From: Candidatus Omnitrophota bacterium
Lineage (GTDB): Bacteria; Omnitrophota; Gorgyraeia; VGKN01
Assembly (NCBI GenBank): GCA_043800345.1
Contig: JAZDNB010000022.1
Coordinates: 1 to 57,673 of the forward strand
Direction: 5' to 3'
Length of the DNA stretch: 57,673 nucleotides
Part shown: piece after piece, positions 29,026 through 39,374 of the stretch
How positions within the stretch are numbered: position 1 is the stretch's first letter
How the letters are laid out: each line of letters opens with the position of its first letter
The notes under the pieces: model-generated
What the model was told of the DNA's origin: nothing
Databases searched by the model: none
What the model saw: only the letters and a program-made list of their open reading frames with translations
Translations under genes and position numbers: made by a program

Positions 29026-30846
29026 CTAAAATTTAATATTGTGCTGCAGTTGCAAGGTTTCTTCCTGTTCTTTAAAACGCATTTTAAAACTACTGTTGTC
29101 CTTGATTTTATATTCGAGCTCAAGCTCGTCATCGGGGACATCCTGGGCATACATCTCGTTATTAATAAATTTCTTAAAATTTATTTTAAAATCTTCCCGA
29201 ATGTTCTTTTCCAGTTTCAGCTCTTCTTCATTATCTTCTTTTGCTATGTTCCATCCGGCCCACACTATCGTTCCCTTATCCGAACGTACTTTCATATTTT
29301 CAAAAAACCGCGGTCTGCCAAGTCTGCTTAAATTCAAAAAACCGCTCAGCATAAGATTTCCTTCTTTTCTTAAAATTTGAGAATCTAATATCTTGAGGTC
29401 CAAGCCCTCGCCTTCAAGGTTCACGTTGACTGTATCATAATTAACAAGGCCGAGCGAGCCGTTTTTAGCCTGCAACCGTCCCCGTATCCTGGGTTTCGTT
29501 ACCTCACCCTCCGCCGACATATCACCCGACACTGTCCCCGAAATAGAATCCCGAAGCGGGGCACGGCCGAACATAACAAGATCGGATAGGTCTAAATCAG
29601 TTAATTGAATCTTGGTGTTGATGTTATATGGTTTCCTAAGACCTACGGTTCCCTCCATAGTAAAAGCATCTCCGAAAGAAAATCTTTCCAGGCGCACTAT
29701 GCCTTCCTGATATTCAAAATTTGCATTCAGTTCTCCCGCCGGCATACAATCAACAAGCGTATTGGTCGTCATGAGGGTTCCTTGTATTTTCTCAACGCTC
29801 CCGTCCTTCGCACTAGAAACTACATGTCCAAAAAGATATGTATTCAACACCACATCGTATCGAAACAAATCCACATGAAACAACCTCATAAGAAACATGA
29901 ATTGTTTTCTTTGAGGGTCAGCCTCGCTTATATTTTCCGGTCCAAACATACTTTTCTTAAGCTGTACTATATCGAGCTCTTCTTTATTGAGCGTAACCGC
30001 CGACTCTTGTAAAGATGACATATCGAATATGAAATTATACTTATTAAAATCGGCTTCGATATCGACCGTGTAAAGTTTTTCAAACACAAGATTGCTTATC
30101 CGGAATATATCTTTGTCAAAAATGAGTTTCCCCGTGATGTGTGTTTTTGGCTTATCGAATATCCTAAGCCAACCGTTAATTGTCGAATCGGAGAGCGGGC
30201 CTTTCACGCCCAAAAAAGCTGAAAAATCGGAATTTCTCATGCTGATAGTAATATTAAGATTCGGGGTTTCCGGAATATTTACAATAGTACCGTCTAAATC
30301 CATAGGAAGAGAAAACAGGGTTGCCTTGATATTTTTCAGTTCAATCATATCGGATTGGATGTTCAACCTGCCCCAAAATTTTTCCATAACAATGTTTGTA
30401 TCTCCGATACCCAAGGTTCCATCTTCAATCCCTACATGTAGTTCCTTCGGAAACCGTTTTTTATAATTCTTATTTATCTCAAACGGAATATTCTCTATAT
30501 CGCGAAGAAAAAATTTCGGCGCGACAACATATATAAACCTGACTTTTCTATAATTTCCAAAAAGAATATCAAGCGGATTATACTTTAAAACCAATCTCTT
30601 TGCTTCAAAAAAAGTCTTTTTGTCCTCTTTATATGCAAGACGCACATTTTTTAATACTATATTAAAAGGCAACCCTACCTTGATGCCGCCGATATATACC
30701 TCTTTGTTTAACATCCTAGAGAGTCTATACTCGATATTCTGCTTGAAGGTACCCGCACATAACGTAAGCATGGCAGTAAACACAAAGAGAAGCACAACGC
30801 ATACGCTTATATACGCTATGTATTTTTTTACTGTTACATTATTCAT
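29026..30846 (-). CDS. AsmA/TamB-like envelope protein
   Basis: Single N-terminal TM, long amphipathic beta-strand-rich body (G...P.I.G.L), alternating beta C-terminus ending in Phe. Confidence 0.6.
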   Translation of the reverse strand: MNNVTVKKYIAYISVCVVLLFVFTAMLTLCAGTFKQNIEYRLSRMLNKEVYIGGIKVGLPFNIVLKNVRLAYKEDKKTFFEAKRLVLKYNPLDILFGNYRKVRFIYVVAPKFFLRDIENIPFEINKNYKKRFPKELHVGIEDGTLGIGDTNIVMEKFWGRLNIQSDMIELKNIKATLFSLPMDLDGTIVNIPETPNLNITISMRNSDFSAFLGVKGPLSDSTINGWLRIFDKPKTHITGKLIFDKDIFRISNLVFEKLYTVDIEADFNKYNFIFDMSSLQESAVTLNKEELDIVQLKKSMFGPENISEADPQRKQFMFLMRLFHVDLFRYDVVLNTYLFGHVVSSAKDGSVEKIQGTLMTTNTLVDCMPAGELNANFEYQEGIVRLERFSFGDAFTMEGTVGLRKPYNINTKIQLTDLDLSDLVMFGRAPLRDSISGTVSGDMSAEGEVTKPRIRGRLQAKNGSLGLVNYDTVNVNLEGEGLDLKILDSQILRKEGNLMLSGFLNLSRLGRPRFFENMKVRSDKGTIVWAGWNIAKEDNEEELKLEKNIREDFKINFKKFINNEMYAQDVPDDELELEYKIKDNSSFKMRFKEQEETLQLQHNIKF

Positions 30847-30851
30847 GCAAA

Positions 30852-33281
30852 TTATGCGTTCTCAAAAGTAAGACTTTCGCCTTTCACATCTACTTTTATA
30901 GGACTTGCGGTCTTTAACGTCCCTTTTAGAATTTCCTCTGAAAGCGGGTCTTCTATATACCGCTGGATAATCCTCTTAAGCGGACGCGCGCCAAATATCT
31001 GGTCAAAACCTTTCTCGATAAGAAAATCTTTTGTTGTTTGAGTAAATTCCAAATTCAGTTCCTGCTCGTTCACCCGCTTGTTTAATTCCCCTAATTCTAT
31101 GTCGACAATCTTATAAAGGTCTTCTTTGGTAAGCTGGTGAAACACAATAATATCATCTATCCTGTTTAAAAATTCAGGTTTAAACGTACGTTTCACCTCA
31201 TCCAGGAGCTTTCCTTTCATCGCCTGATAGGAAACATCTTCTTTGGACGGGGTAAATCCCAATGCCCCCTGCCTCCTTAAAAGTTCCGCCCCTATGTTAC
31301 TTGTCATAATGAGCACGGTATTTCTGAAATCAACTCTTCTTCCGAAACTATCGGTAAGCCTGCCGTCCTCTAAGACCTGTAAGAGTATATTAAAGATATC
31401 GGGGTGTGCTTTTTCTATTTCATCAAGCAACACGACCGAATATGGCCTTCTTCGTATTTTCTCCGTAAGCTGGCCGCCTTCCTCATATCCTACATAACCG
31501 GGAGGCGCACCGACAAGGCGGGACAGATTAAATTTTTCCATATATTCGGACATATCAAGCTGTATCATCGCATCCTGATTGCCGAATAAAAACTCGGCAA
31601 GCGCCCGTGCTAAAAGACTCTTTCCGACTCCGCTAGGGCCTAGGAAGACAAATGAACCGATGGGCCTTCGAGGGTCTTTAAGGCCTGAGCGCGAACGCCG
31701 TATCGCATGCGCAATGGCGCTTATGGCCTCTTCTTGGCCGACCACCCTTTTATGTAATTCCTCCTCCATCTTAAGGAGTTTTTCCGTTTCTTTTTCTTCA
31801 AGCCTTGCCAGAGGCACGCCCGTCCATTTTGACACTATTGATGCTATATCTTCCCCGGTAACCTGCGGCTGATTTTCATATGTCGATTGCTTCCAGCTCT
31901 TTTTTGTATTTTCAAGTTGGAGTTTTGCCTGGCGCTCCTCGTCCCTGAAATGTGCCGCCTTTTCAAAATCTTGCTGTTTTACCGCAGCTTCCTTTTCTTT
32001 CCTTATTTGCTCTATCTTCCCTTCTAGGTCTTTTACGTCAGGCGGTGCGGTCATTACGGATAACCGTGCGTGAGAACCTGCCTCGTCAATAAGATCAATC
32101 GCCTTATCCGGAAGGAACCTCCCCGTAATATACCTGTCGGAGAGTTTTGCTGCCGCCTTTAAGGCATCGTCGGTAATCTTTACCCTGTGGTGCGCCTCAT
32201 ACCTGTCACGAAGCCCTTTTAAGATTTCAATGGTCTCGTTTACCGTAGGCGGGTCTACCATAATAGTCTGGAAGCGCCGCTCAAGGGCCGCATCTTTTTC
32301 TATATACTTCCTGTATTCATCCAGCGTGGTTGCGCCTATGCACTGTAACTCGCCCCGGGAAAGCGCGGGCTTAAGGATATTTGAGGCATCTATCGCACCT
32401 TCTGCGCCTCCGGCACCGACCAGGGTGTGCAGTTCATCGATAAATACAATTATATTTTCCGAGCGCTTTATCTCATCCATAACCGCTTTTATGCGCTCTT
32501 CAAACTGCCCTCTATATTTTGTACCCGCTACCATGAGGGCAAGGTCAAGTACAATCATCCTTTTATCTTTCAAAACTTCGGGAATATCTCCTCTTATGAT
32601 TTTCTGCGCAAGCCCCTCGACAATCGCTGTTTTACCTACACCGGCTTCACCTAAGAGCACGGGGTTATTTTTTGTCCTTCTGCTTAGGATCTGTATGACA
32701 CGCTCTATCTCATTTTTTCTTCCTATTACAGGATCAAGTTTATTATCACGGGCAAGCGTGGTAAGGTCACGGCCAAACGCATCCAAGGCCGGTGTTTTAG
32801 TCTTTACTCCCTGACCCTGATTTTTATTAACAGCACCCGGCGTTGCAGAACCAAGCAGTTCCATAACCTCCTGTCTTACCTTTTCCAGATTAAGCCCTAC
32901 ATTAATAAGGACTCTGCTTGCGACACCTTCGGTCTCACGGATAAGCCCCAAAAGAAGATGCTCGGTCCCGATATAATTATGGCCGAGACTCCTCGCCTCC
33001 TCCATGGCAAACTCTATTACCTTCTTTGATTTCGGGGTAAACGGGATATCTCCCGATACAATAGCCCCGGAACCGGGATGAACAAGTTTTTCTACTTCCT
33101 GCCGTATTATATCAAGGCTGATGCCGAGGCTCTGCAGTACCGCCGCGGCGACACCCTCTCCCTCCCGCAGCAACCCAAGCAATATATGCTCTGTCCCGAT
33201 ATAATCATGATTAAATTTACGGGCCTCTTCCTTGGCAAGCATAATAACCTTCCTAGCTCTTTCAGTAAATCTGTCAAACAT
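30852..33281 (-). CDS. clpC: ATP-dependent Clp protease ATPase subunit ClpC
   Basis: Two Clp-N repeats, GEAGVGKT, UVR coiled coil, GPSGVGKS, GAPPGYVG, LGF loop; start ATG 33281 with AGGGGG upstream. Confidence 0.97.
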   Translation of the reverse strand: MFDRFTERARKVIMLAKEEARKFNHDYIGTEHILLGLLREGEGVAAAVLQSLGISLDIIRQEVEKLVHPGSGAIVSGDIPFTPKSKKVIEFAMEEARSLGHNYIGTEHLLLGLIRETEGVASRVLINVGLNLEKVRQEVMELLGSATPGAVNKNQGQGVKTKTPALDAFGRDLTTLARDNKLDPVIGRKNEIERVIQILSRRTKNNPVLLGEAGVGKTAIVEGLAQKIIRGDIPEVLKDKRMIVLDLALMVAGTKYRGQFEERIKAVMDEIKRSENIIVFIDELHTLVGAGGAEGAIDASNILKPALSRGELQCIGATTLDEYRKYIEKDAALERRFQTIMVDPPTVNETIEILKGLRDRYEAHHRVKITDDALKAAAKLSDRYITGRFLPDKAIDLIDEAGSHARLSVMTAPPDVKDLEGKIEQIRKEKEAAVKQQDFEKAAHFRDEERQAKLQLENTKKSWKQSTYENQPQVTGEDIASIVSKWTGVPLARLEEKETEKLLKMEEELHKRVVGQEEAISAIAHAIRRSRSGLKDPRRPIGSFVFLGPSGVGKSLLARALAEFLFGNQDAMIQLDMSEYMEKFNLSRLVGAPPGYVGYEEGGQLTEKIRRRPYSVVLLDEIEKAHPDIFNILLQVLEDGRLTDSFGRRVDFRNTVLIMTSNIGAELLRRQGALGFTPSKEDVSYQAMKGKLLDEVKRTFKPEFLNRIDDIIVFHQLTKEDLYKIVDIELGELNKRVNEQELNLEFTQTTKDFLIEKGFDQIFGARPLKRIIQRYIEDPLSEEILKGTLKTASPIKVDVKGESLTFENA

Positions 33282-33324
33282 TTTATACACCCCCTACATA
33301 ATTATTATTAATGTGACGTGTATG

Positions 33325-34377
33325 TTACTTTTTTTTGAGCTTTTCTCTTATTAATGCTGCACGTTTTAAATCACGCTCATTTGCATTCAGTACTTTCCCT
33401 TCTAATTTTTGAAGATGTGCAGGCTGGATTAAAAGAAATAACTCATTAATAGTCTGCCTGGTTAAATCCTTTACTATGCCGATATCGACACCAAGCCGTA
33501 AGCTTGAGAGCAGTTCAATTGTTTCTCCGGCACTGATAATATACGCATTTTTTAATGTCCCGTAGGAACGCCATATCTGGTCTTCCAAGGCCGACCTGCT
33601 ATGTTCAAAGAGGTTTTTCCTCAGGCTCTGCTCGTGTTCAATCACTTGTTTTATAATACGCTGGAGATTATCAAGGATGATATCTTCTTTTTGGCCGAGC
33701 GTCACCTGATTTGAAATCTGAAAGAAATTTCCCGCAGCTTCGGTACCTTCCCCATACAACCCCCTTACCGTCAAGCCTAACTTGGTGATTGCGTGGATAA
33801 TCTTGCCCATCTGTTTTGTCATAACAAGACACGGCAGATGTAACATACAGGAACCGCGCAGTGCCGTTCCTGTGTTCGTTGGACAGGCCGTCAGATACCC
33901 CCATTCGGGACTAAAGGCATAATCAAGCTTTGTCTCTAACTCCTTATCTATCTTATCTGCAAGCTTCCAGGTATCCTGTATATTAAAACCGGAGTGCATC
34001 ACCTGAATCCGCAGATGATCCTCTTCATTAACCATAATACTTACGATTTCCTTTTCTCCTATAACAACAGCCTTATGGTCAGGATTTTGCACAAATTCAT
34101 AACTTATAATATGCCTCTCGATAAGAAACTGCCTGTCAAGGGAATCTATTATGCTGAGTTTGACAAACAAACTGTCTTTTAAAAGCATGCTGTGAGCTAC
34201 CGCATTTTTTACGATACCAATCACTTCATCCATGTGCTTTTTACCTGCCCAGTGCACGAAGAGCATCTTATGTAAATTTCTTGCAAGCCTGATCCTTGAA
34301 CTTATCGCAATGTCAGACTGAGGGCCTGTCCCTTTAAGCCATTCGCATGGTTTTTTTACTATGTCGTTAAACTCCAT
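33325..34377 (-). CDS. mcsB: Protein arginine kinase McsB
   Basis: SSRIRLARN, NEEDHLR, ACPTNTG, QISNQVTLG, IQPAHLQ. Confidence 0.95.
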   Translation of the reverse strand: MEFNDIVKKPCEWLKGTGPQSDIAISSRIRLARNLHKMLFVHWAGKKHMDEVIGIVKNAVAHSMLLKDSLFVKLSIIDSLDRQFLIERHIISYEFVQNPDHKAVVIGEKEIVSIMVNEEDHLRIQVMHSGFNIQDTWKLADKIDKELETKLDYAFSPEWGYLTACPTNTGTALRGSCMLHLPCLVMTKQMGKIIHAITKLGLTVRGLYGEGTEAAGNFFQISNQVTLGQKEDIILDNLQRIIKQVIEHEQSLRKNLFEHSRSALEDQIWRSYGTLKNAYIISAGETIELLSSLRLGVDIGIVKDLTRQTINELFLLIQPAHLQKLEGKVLNANERDLKRAALIREKLKKK

Positions 34378-34389
34378 CACACCCTCCGA

Positions 34390-34893
34390 TTAACCCTGTC
34401 CTTGTTGTTTTTCCAGTTCCCGTATCATATCGCGCAGCTTTGCCGCTTCTTCATACGCCTCTACCTGTATCGCCTTCTGCAGCTTGGTCTTTAATTCCTC
34501 AAATTGCGATTTTGCTTTATAAACCTTTGTAGATTTTTGAGGAGATTTTCCTATGTGGTGCGTCGAGCCATGGATATTTTTAAGAAGCGGCTCCAGGGCG
34601 ACCCTGAATGTATTGTAACATTCGCTGCAACCAAGCCTTCCTATCTTTTTAAAATCTTCGTACGTAAGTTTACAGTTCGGGCATTTCATCTTTATGTCTT
34701 CTATGGTTGTTCCCTCGGGAATGCTAAAATCGACAAGTCCTGCCAAGAGGTCCGAAAGGCTAAACTGCTGTTCCGTCTGGGCACCCTTTTCCCGCGCACA
34801 TTCCTCGCACAGATGTAATTCCGTAATCTGGTCATTTATCATTTCGGTGAAATGGACGGTGGCTTCATCTTTTTGGCATATATCGCAAAGCAT
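34390..34893 (-). CDS. mcsA: McsB activator McsA
   Basis: Four CxxC motifs, GRLGC..CY, C-terminal UVR (YEEAAKLRD). Confidence 0.95.
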   Translation of the reverse strand: MLCDICQKDEATVHFTEMINDQITELHLCEECAREKGAQTEQQFSLSDLLAGLVDFSIPEGTTIEDIKMKCPNCKLTYEDFKKIGRLGCSECYNTFRVALEPLLKNIHGSTHHIGKSPQKSTKVYKAKSQFEELKTKLQKAIQVEAYEEAAKLRDMIRELEKQQGQG

Positions 34894-34924
34894 AATACGC
34901 CCCCTTTATTTTATGTACGGCTGA

Positions 34925-35800
34925 TTATTTTATTCTCACACCCGCTGTCTTTGTAAGTTTGCGAAACTCTTTCATAAAAAAATTCGTGATCGTACCGGGT
35001 TTTCCGTTACCGATACTCCTGGCATCCACCTTCACCACGGGGATTATCTCTGCCGCAGTCCCGGTAAGAAACACCTCATCGGCATTGTAAATACTGTGCC
35101 GTGTCAACACTTCTTCCATGACGGATATTTTTTTCTTCTTAGCTATTTCAATTACGGCACCCCTCGTGATTCCTTTTAAAATCCCCACATACGCGGGCGG
35201 GGTTAACAGCACGCCTTTTTTTACAATAAACACGTTGTCTCCTGTACCCTCGGTAACATAGCCGAGAGAATTCAGCATGAGCGCTTCTTCCACATTTGAA
35301 TTGATTGCCTCAATCTTTGCGAGAATATTGTTCAGATAGTTCAAAGATTTTATCTGCGGATTAAGCGCCTCGGGCATGTTCCTGAGCGTCGGCACAGTTT
35401 TAATCTCAAGGCCATTTTTATAATACTCCTGGGGATAGAGGGCTACCTTGTCGGTTATGATAACAACCGTCGGTCTTTTGCACTTTCTGGGGTCTAAACC
35501 CAGGTCCCCCTTTCCCCTCGTAATCACAAGTCTTATATACGCATCCTTAAGGCCGTTTATTTTTAAAGTCAAAATAACCGCCCGTATCATCTCCTCTTTG
35601 GTAAGCGGGACTGATAACATGAGCGCATGGGCGGATTCATATAACCTGTCAATATGCTCCTGTAATTTGAATACAAGGCCGTTGTATGAACGTATTCCTT
35701 CAAACACGCCGTCGCCGTAGAGAAAACCGTGGTCAAAAACCGAGACCATTGCTTCATCTTTATCAATCAAATTCCCGTCAATATACACCTTAAAGCCCAT
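34925..35800 (-). CDS. ilvE: Branched-chain amino acid aminotransferase
   Basis: LYGDGVFEGIR, KSLNY, EGTGDNVF, GITR, TGTAAE. Confidence 0.93.
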   Translation of the reverse strand: MGFKVYIDGNLIDKDEAMVSVFDHGFLYGDGVFEGIRSYNGLVFKLQEHIDRLYESAHALMLSVPLTKEEMIRAVILTLKINGLKDAYIRLVITRGKGDLGLDPRKCKRPTVVIITDKVALYPQEYYKNGLEIKTVPTLRNMPEALNPQIKSLNYLNNILAKIEAINSNVEEALMLNSLGYVTEGTGDNVFIVKKGVLLTPPAYVGILKGITRGAVIEIAKKKKISVMEEVLTRHSIYNADEVFLTGTAAEIIPVVKVDARSIGNGKPGTITNFFMKEFRKLTKTAGVRIK

Positions 35801-35812
35801 ATGAACTCCTTT

Positions 35813-36481
35813 TTATTCTAAAAATTTTCCGTCCCTTATGTGTAAAACCCTGTGAGCAAATTGTGCGATCGATTCCTCATGGGTAACAATAACAAACGTC
35901 TGCATCTTTGTCTTATTCAGTTTTATAATTAAGTCTAGTACATCGCGCGACGTCTCCGAATCAAGATTCCCGGTCGGTTCATCGCAGAACACAATTTCGG
36001 GCTCGTTCATAAGGGCCCGTGCGATCGCAACGCGCTGCTGCTCTCCCCCGGAAAGCTCACTCGGCCTGTGATACAGCCTTTTTTCCAGGCCTATTTCCTT
36101 AAGCAATCCTGTTGCCCGGTTCCTTAGTATGCTTCTTTGCGCCCAGCTAGTTACAAGACCCGGCAGCATCACATTCTCAAGAGCGTTAAACTCCTCAAGA
36201 AGGTGGTAGAATTGAAATATAAACCCTATCGTCTTATTCCGAAGACGCGACCTTTCATCTTCGGATAATGTAAAGATATCTTTGCCGTTAATAGTAACTG
36301 CTCCCTTGGTTGGCTTATCAAGCCCCGCCAGAAGGTGAAGGAGCGTTGATTTACCGGCACCCGAAGGCCCGAATATAGAAAGAATCTCCCCCTTCGCCAC
36401 GGTAAGGGTCACGCCCTTTAATACGTGCAATTCCCTGATGCCGCTATTATAAACTTTATGCAGATTCTCGGCTGTCAACAT
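35813..36481 (-). CDS. lolD: Lipoprotein-releasing ABC ATPase
   Basis: [32 protein letters not shown]; adjacent to lolC/E. Confidence 0.88.
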   Translation of the reverse strand: MLTAENLHKVYNSGIRELHVLKGVTLTVAKGEILSIFGPSGAGKSTLLHLLAGLDKPTKGAVTINGKDIFTLSEDERSRLRNKTIGFIFQFYHLLEEFNALENVMLPGLVTSWAQRSILRNRATGLLKEIGLEKRLYHRPSELSGGEQQRVAIARALMNEPEIVFCDEPTGNLDSETSRDVLDLIIKLNKTKMQTFVIVTHEESIAQFAHRVLHIRDGKFLE

Positions 36482-36495
36482 ATTTGATTTTTCTA

Positions 36496-37677
36496 TTATT
36501 CATACCGCAGTGCTTCTACCGGATTAAGCCTGGACGCCTGATATGCCGGATACAGCGTTGAAAAAAAACTTATCAATATCGACGCCACTATAATCAGAAC
36601 AGAATCCCTTATCTCGACATTCACGGGCAACTTATCGATATAGTAAATATCCGGAGGCAACTTTATAAACTGATACGTCTTTAACAGATATGACAGGAAA
36701 AAACCTCCACACGCACCAAGTGCGGTTCCTATCAGGCCTATAATAAGCCCTTGAAGAGAAAATATCTTCATAATACTGCCGTTTGTAAGCCCTATCGCTT
36801 TCAGTATGCCGATATCACGCGTTTTTTCCATTACCACCATTATTAACGTACTTATAATATTAAAACAGGCCACTATGACGATAAGCGTCAGGATAATAAA
36901 CATAACGGTTTTCTCAAGCTTGAGCGCACTAAAAAGGTTCTTATTTACATCCATCCATGTAAGCACCCAGTATTCGTATCCCAGAAGTTTCTGCAAACTT
37001 TCTTTTATAACCTCCGCTTTATATAAATCATCAATCTTAACACCCACGCCGCTTACCAGCTCGCCCACCCCTAAAAATTCCTGGGCATCCTCCAGGGTAA
37101 TAAATACCAGACCCGCGTCATATTCGTACATCCCGGAATTAAATATACCTGCCACCTTAAAGGTCCTTGTCTTTCCGTCAAAAGGCGAGATAAGCGGGAT
37201 GCCGGTGCCTAACTGTGCGTTTATTTTAAACGCAAGTTCCCTTCCCAGGACAATACCGCCTTTTTCAATCTGATACGTTCCCTCTTTTATATATGAGGCG
37301 AGTTTCGTTACGTGTATTTCTTTATCGGGTACTATGCCCCTTAAGGAGACTACATACACCTTATCCCTATATTTTAAGAAACCTTGTCCGTTTAAAAACG
37401 GGGCGCTCGATACCACGTGTTCGGTATCTTTTATTTTCTCCATGACCGCATATGCCGCCGGAAGCCCGCCTTCTTTTTGAATGAGGATATGAGAGTTTGT
37501 CTGCACAATCTTATCTCTCAGGTCATTATCAAAACCGCTCATCACGGCAAGCACTATAATGAGCGCCATAACGCCCACTGCCACCCCTAGTATGGAAATC
37601 AAACTTATTATCGAGATAAATTTTTCTTTGCGTTTTGCGGCAAGATACCTCAGCGATATAAAAAGTTCTTTTCTCAT
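36496..37677 (-). CDS. Lipoprotein-releasing ABC permease (LolC/E/F family)
   Basis: RYL...FISIIS, AVMSGF, FNSGMYEYD, NLFSALKLEK, YPAYQAS..P.EALRYE. Confidence 0.92.
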   Translation of the reverse strand: MRKELFISLRYLAAKRKEKFISIISLISILGVAVGVMALIIVLAVMSGFDNDLRDKIVQTNSHILIQKEGGLPAAYAVMEKIKDTEHVVSSAPFLNGQGFLKYRDKVYVVSLRGIVPDKEIHVTKLASYIKEGTYQIEKGGIVLGRELAFKINAQLGTGIPLISPFDGKTRTFKVAGIFNSGMYEYDAGLVFITLEDAQEFLGVGELVSGVGVKIDDLYKAEVIKESLQKLLGYEYWVLTWMDVNKNLFSALKLEKTVMFIILTLIVIVACFNIISTLIMVVMEKTRDIGILKAIGLTNGSIMKIFSLQGLIIGLIGTALGACGGFFLSYLLKTYQFIKLPPDIYYIDKLPVNVEIRDSVLIIVASILISFFSTLYPAYQASRLNPVEALRYE

Positions 37678-37681
37678 ATAG

Positions 37682-39136
37682 TTATTGTTGTGGTTTCAGT
37701 TGCGGAAATAAAATTACGTCGCGTATCGAATCTGAACCGGTGAGTACCATGACAAGCCTGTCAATACCGATCCCCAAACCGCCTGCGGGGGGCATTCCGT
37801 ATTCAAGTGCTTCAACAAAATCATAATCTACCTGTTTGATATCATCTTTTTCTGCTTCTCTAAGTTGTTCTTCAAAACGCCTTTTTTGCTCAATAGGGTC
37901 ATTCTGCTCCGTATAGGCGTTCGCCACTTCAAGGTCTCCTATATACAGCTCAAACCTGTCGGACAGGAGAGGGTTATCTTTTTTTACCTTGGCAAGCGGG
38001 CAGAACTCGCTAAACAGGTCAACAAAGAAGGCAGGCTTATTTTCTTTCTCATTTTCAAGCAAGTCTTCTATAATCTTTGAAAGTTTTGAACGCGTAATCT
38101 TTTCTGCCTTATCAAGTTCCACCTTCACGTTCGCTACTTTAAGTTTATTAAGCCACTCCTCTGTTGAATTTCCCGGTTCGATACCATAGAGCGTTTTCAT
38201 CTTCTCGGCAAACGAAACTATCCGCCAGGGCGGGCTAAAATCAAACTCCCTGCCGTTTAGCTGTACCGCGGTTGAACCGTTTATTTCTTTTATAAGATAT
38301 ACCAGCATCTCTTCGGTAAGTTTCATCATGTCCGAGCAATCCGCATATGCCCAATATGCCTCGAGCATCGTAAACTCAGGGTTATGCTTTGTAGAAATAC
38401 CTTCGTTCCTGAAGCTCTTGTTAATCTCATACACCTTTTCAAGTCCGCCCACAAGTAACCGTTTTAAATATAGCTCCGGCGCTATGCGAAGATAAAGGTC
38501 TACGTCGTATTCATTATGATGTGTCTTAAACGGTTTTCCTGCCGCACCTCCGGGAATCGCATGCAGCATCGGCGTCTCTACTTCAATAAAACCTTTTTTC
38601 TCTAAGAAGCTTCGTACTAAACTGATAATCCTGGTCCTTGCCAATAATACCTTTTTAGAATCTTCGTTTGCAATAAGGTCAAGATATCGTTGCCTGTACC
38701 TCGTCTCTACATCCTTTAAGCCGTGCCATTTTTCCGGCAGGTTTCTTAAACTTTTTGACAGCACAATAAACTCATCCACCTTCACGGTGGGTTCGCCTGT
38801 CCTTGTCTTAAAAACCTCTCCGGTAACGCCAAGTATGTCCCCGATATCAAGACTGTTAAATATCTCGAAATTCTTCTCGCCTATCAGATCTAACTTTATA
38901 TATGCCTGTATACGACCCGTCTCATCTTTTAAGTCAAAAAATACGCTTTTTCCGTGGCTTCTTACCGCAGTCATCCTCCCGGCAATACTTACCTTAATGC
39001 CTTCCTGGAAAGAGACCACAATATCAGCTATCCTGTGGGTCTTTTCAAACCGCCTGCCAAAAGGCTCAACCCCAAGCAATTTCAGCTTGTTGAGCTTGGC
39101 TAATCTGTCGTTAAAAATCGTATTTTCTTCGCTCAT
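37682..39136 (-). CDS. lysS: Lysyl-tRNA synthetase, class II
   Basis: LPEKWHGL, RYRQRYLDL, EVETP, LRIAPEL, FRNEG, HNPEF, GMPPAGGLGIGIDRL; likely start ATG 39136. Confidence 0.97.
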   Translation of the reverse strand: MSEENTIFNDRLAKLNKLKLLGVEPFGRRFEKTHRIADIVVSFQEGIKVSIAGRMTAVRSHGKSVFFDLKDETGRIQAYIKLDLIGEKNFEIFNSLDIGDILGVTGEVFKTRTGEPTVKVDEFIVLSKSLRNLPEKWHGLKDVETRYRQRYLDLIANEDSKKVLLARTRIISLVRSFLEKKGFIEVETPMLHAIPGGAAGKPFKTHHNEYDVDLYLRIAPELYLKRLLVGGLEKVYEINKSFRNEGISTKHNPEFTMLEAYWAYADCSDMMKLTEEMLVYLIKEINGSTAVQLNGREFDFSPPWRIVSFAEKMKTLYGIEPGNSTEEWLNKLKVANVKVELDKAEKITRSKLSKIIEDLLENEKENKPAFFVDLFSEFCPLAKVKKDNPLLSDRFELYIGDLEVANAYTEQNDPIEQKRRFEEQLREAEKDDIKQVDYDFVEALEYGMPPAGGLGIGIDRLVMVLTGSDSIRDVILFPQLKPQQ

Positions 39137-39144
39137 AATAATAT

Positions 39145-39368
39145 GGAACACCCCACTGGCAAGCCCGTGGTACCTAAATTTATCCTCTTACTTTGTGAAC
39201 AGCTTGCCCATTTAGCGATATCCCCCGAAGCAGTTTTTTCTTCGCATTCATCCGCGTGCATGCACGTGGTCTTCTGCGAAAGGGGATAAAATAATAATCC
39301 CTATGGGTTATTCTGTTTGTTTGGCCTACGCCGCGCGCTCCGCAGGGCGAAGCGGGCGTAGGATAAAT
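39145..39368 (-). other. Highly structured lysS 5' leader (unknown cis-RNA or IS200/IS605-derived palindromic element)
   Basis: Inverted pairs ATTTATCCT/AGGATAAAT (39178/39360), CCTACGCC/GGCGTAGG, TATCCCC/GGGGATA, TTCGCA/TGCGAA; near-palindrome CCGCGTGCATGCACGTGG; hairpin CCACGGGCTTGCCAGTGG just before the start codon. Confidence 0.5.
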
Positions 39369-39374
39369 CAATAA

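Noticed and set aside
39160-39190. T-box-like string AATTTAGGTACCACGG upstream of lysS
   Set aside because: It lacks the GGTGG/UGGN bulge needed to pair with the tRNA CCA end, and I see no Stem I motifs or U-tailed terminator; a lysine riboswitch consensus was also not recognisable.
39180-39371. 63-aa ORF in the lysS leader
   Set aside because: TTG start at the predicted transcription start, no RBS, crosses strong hairpins; a KKK run alone is weak evidence for a leader peptide.
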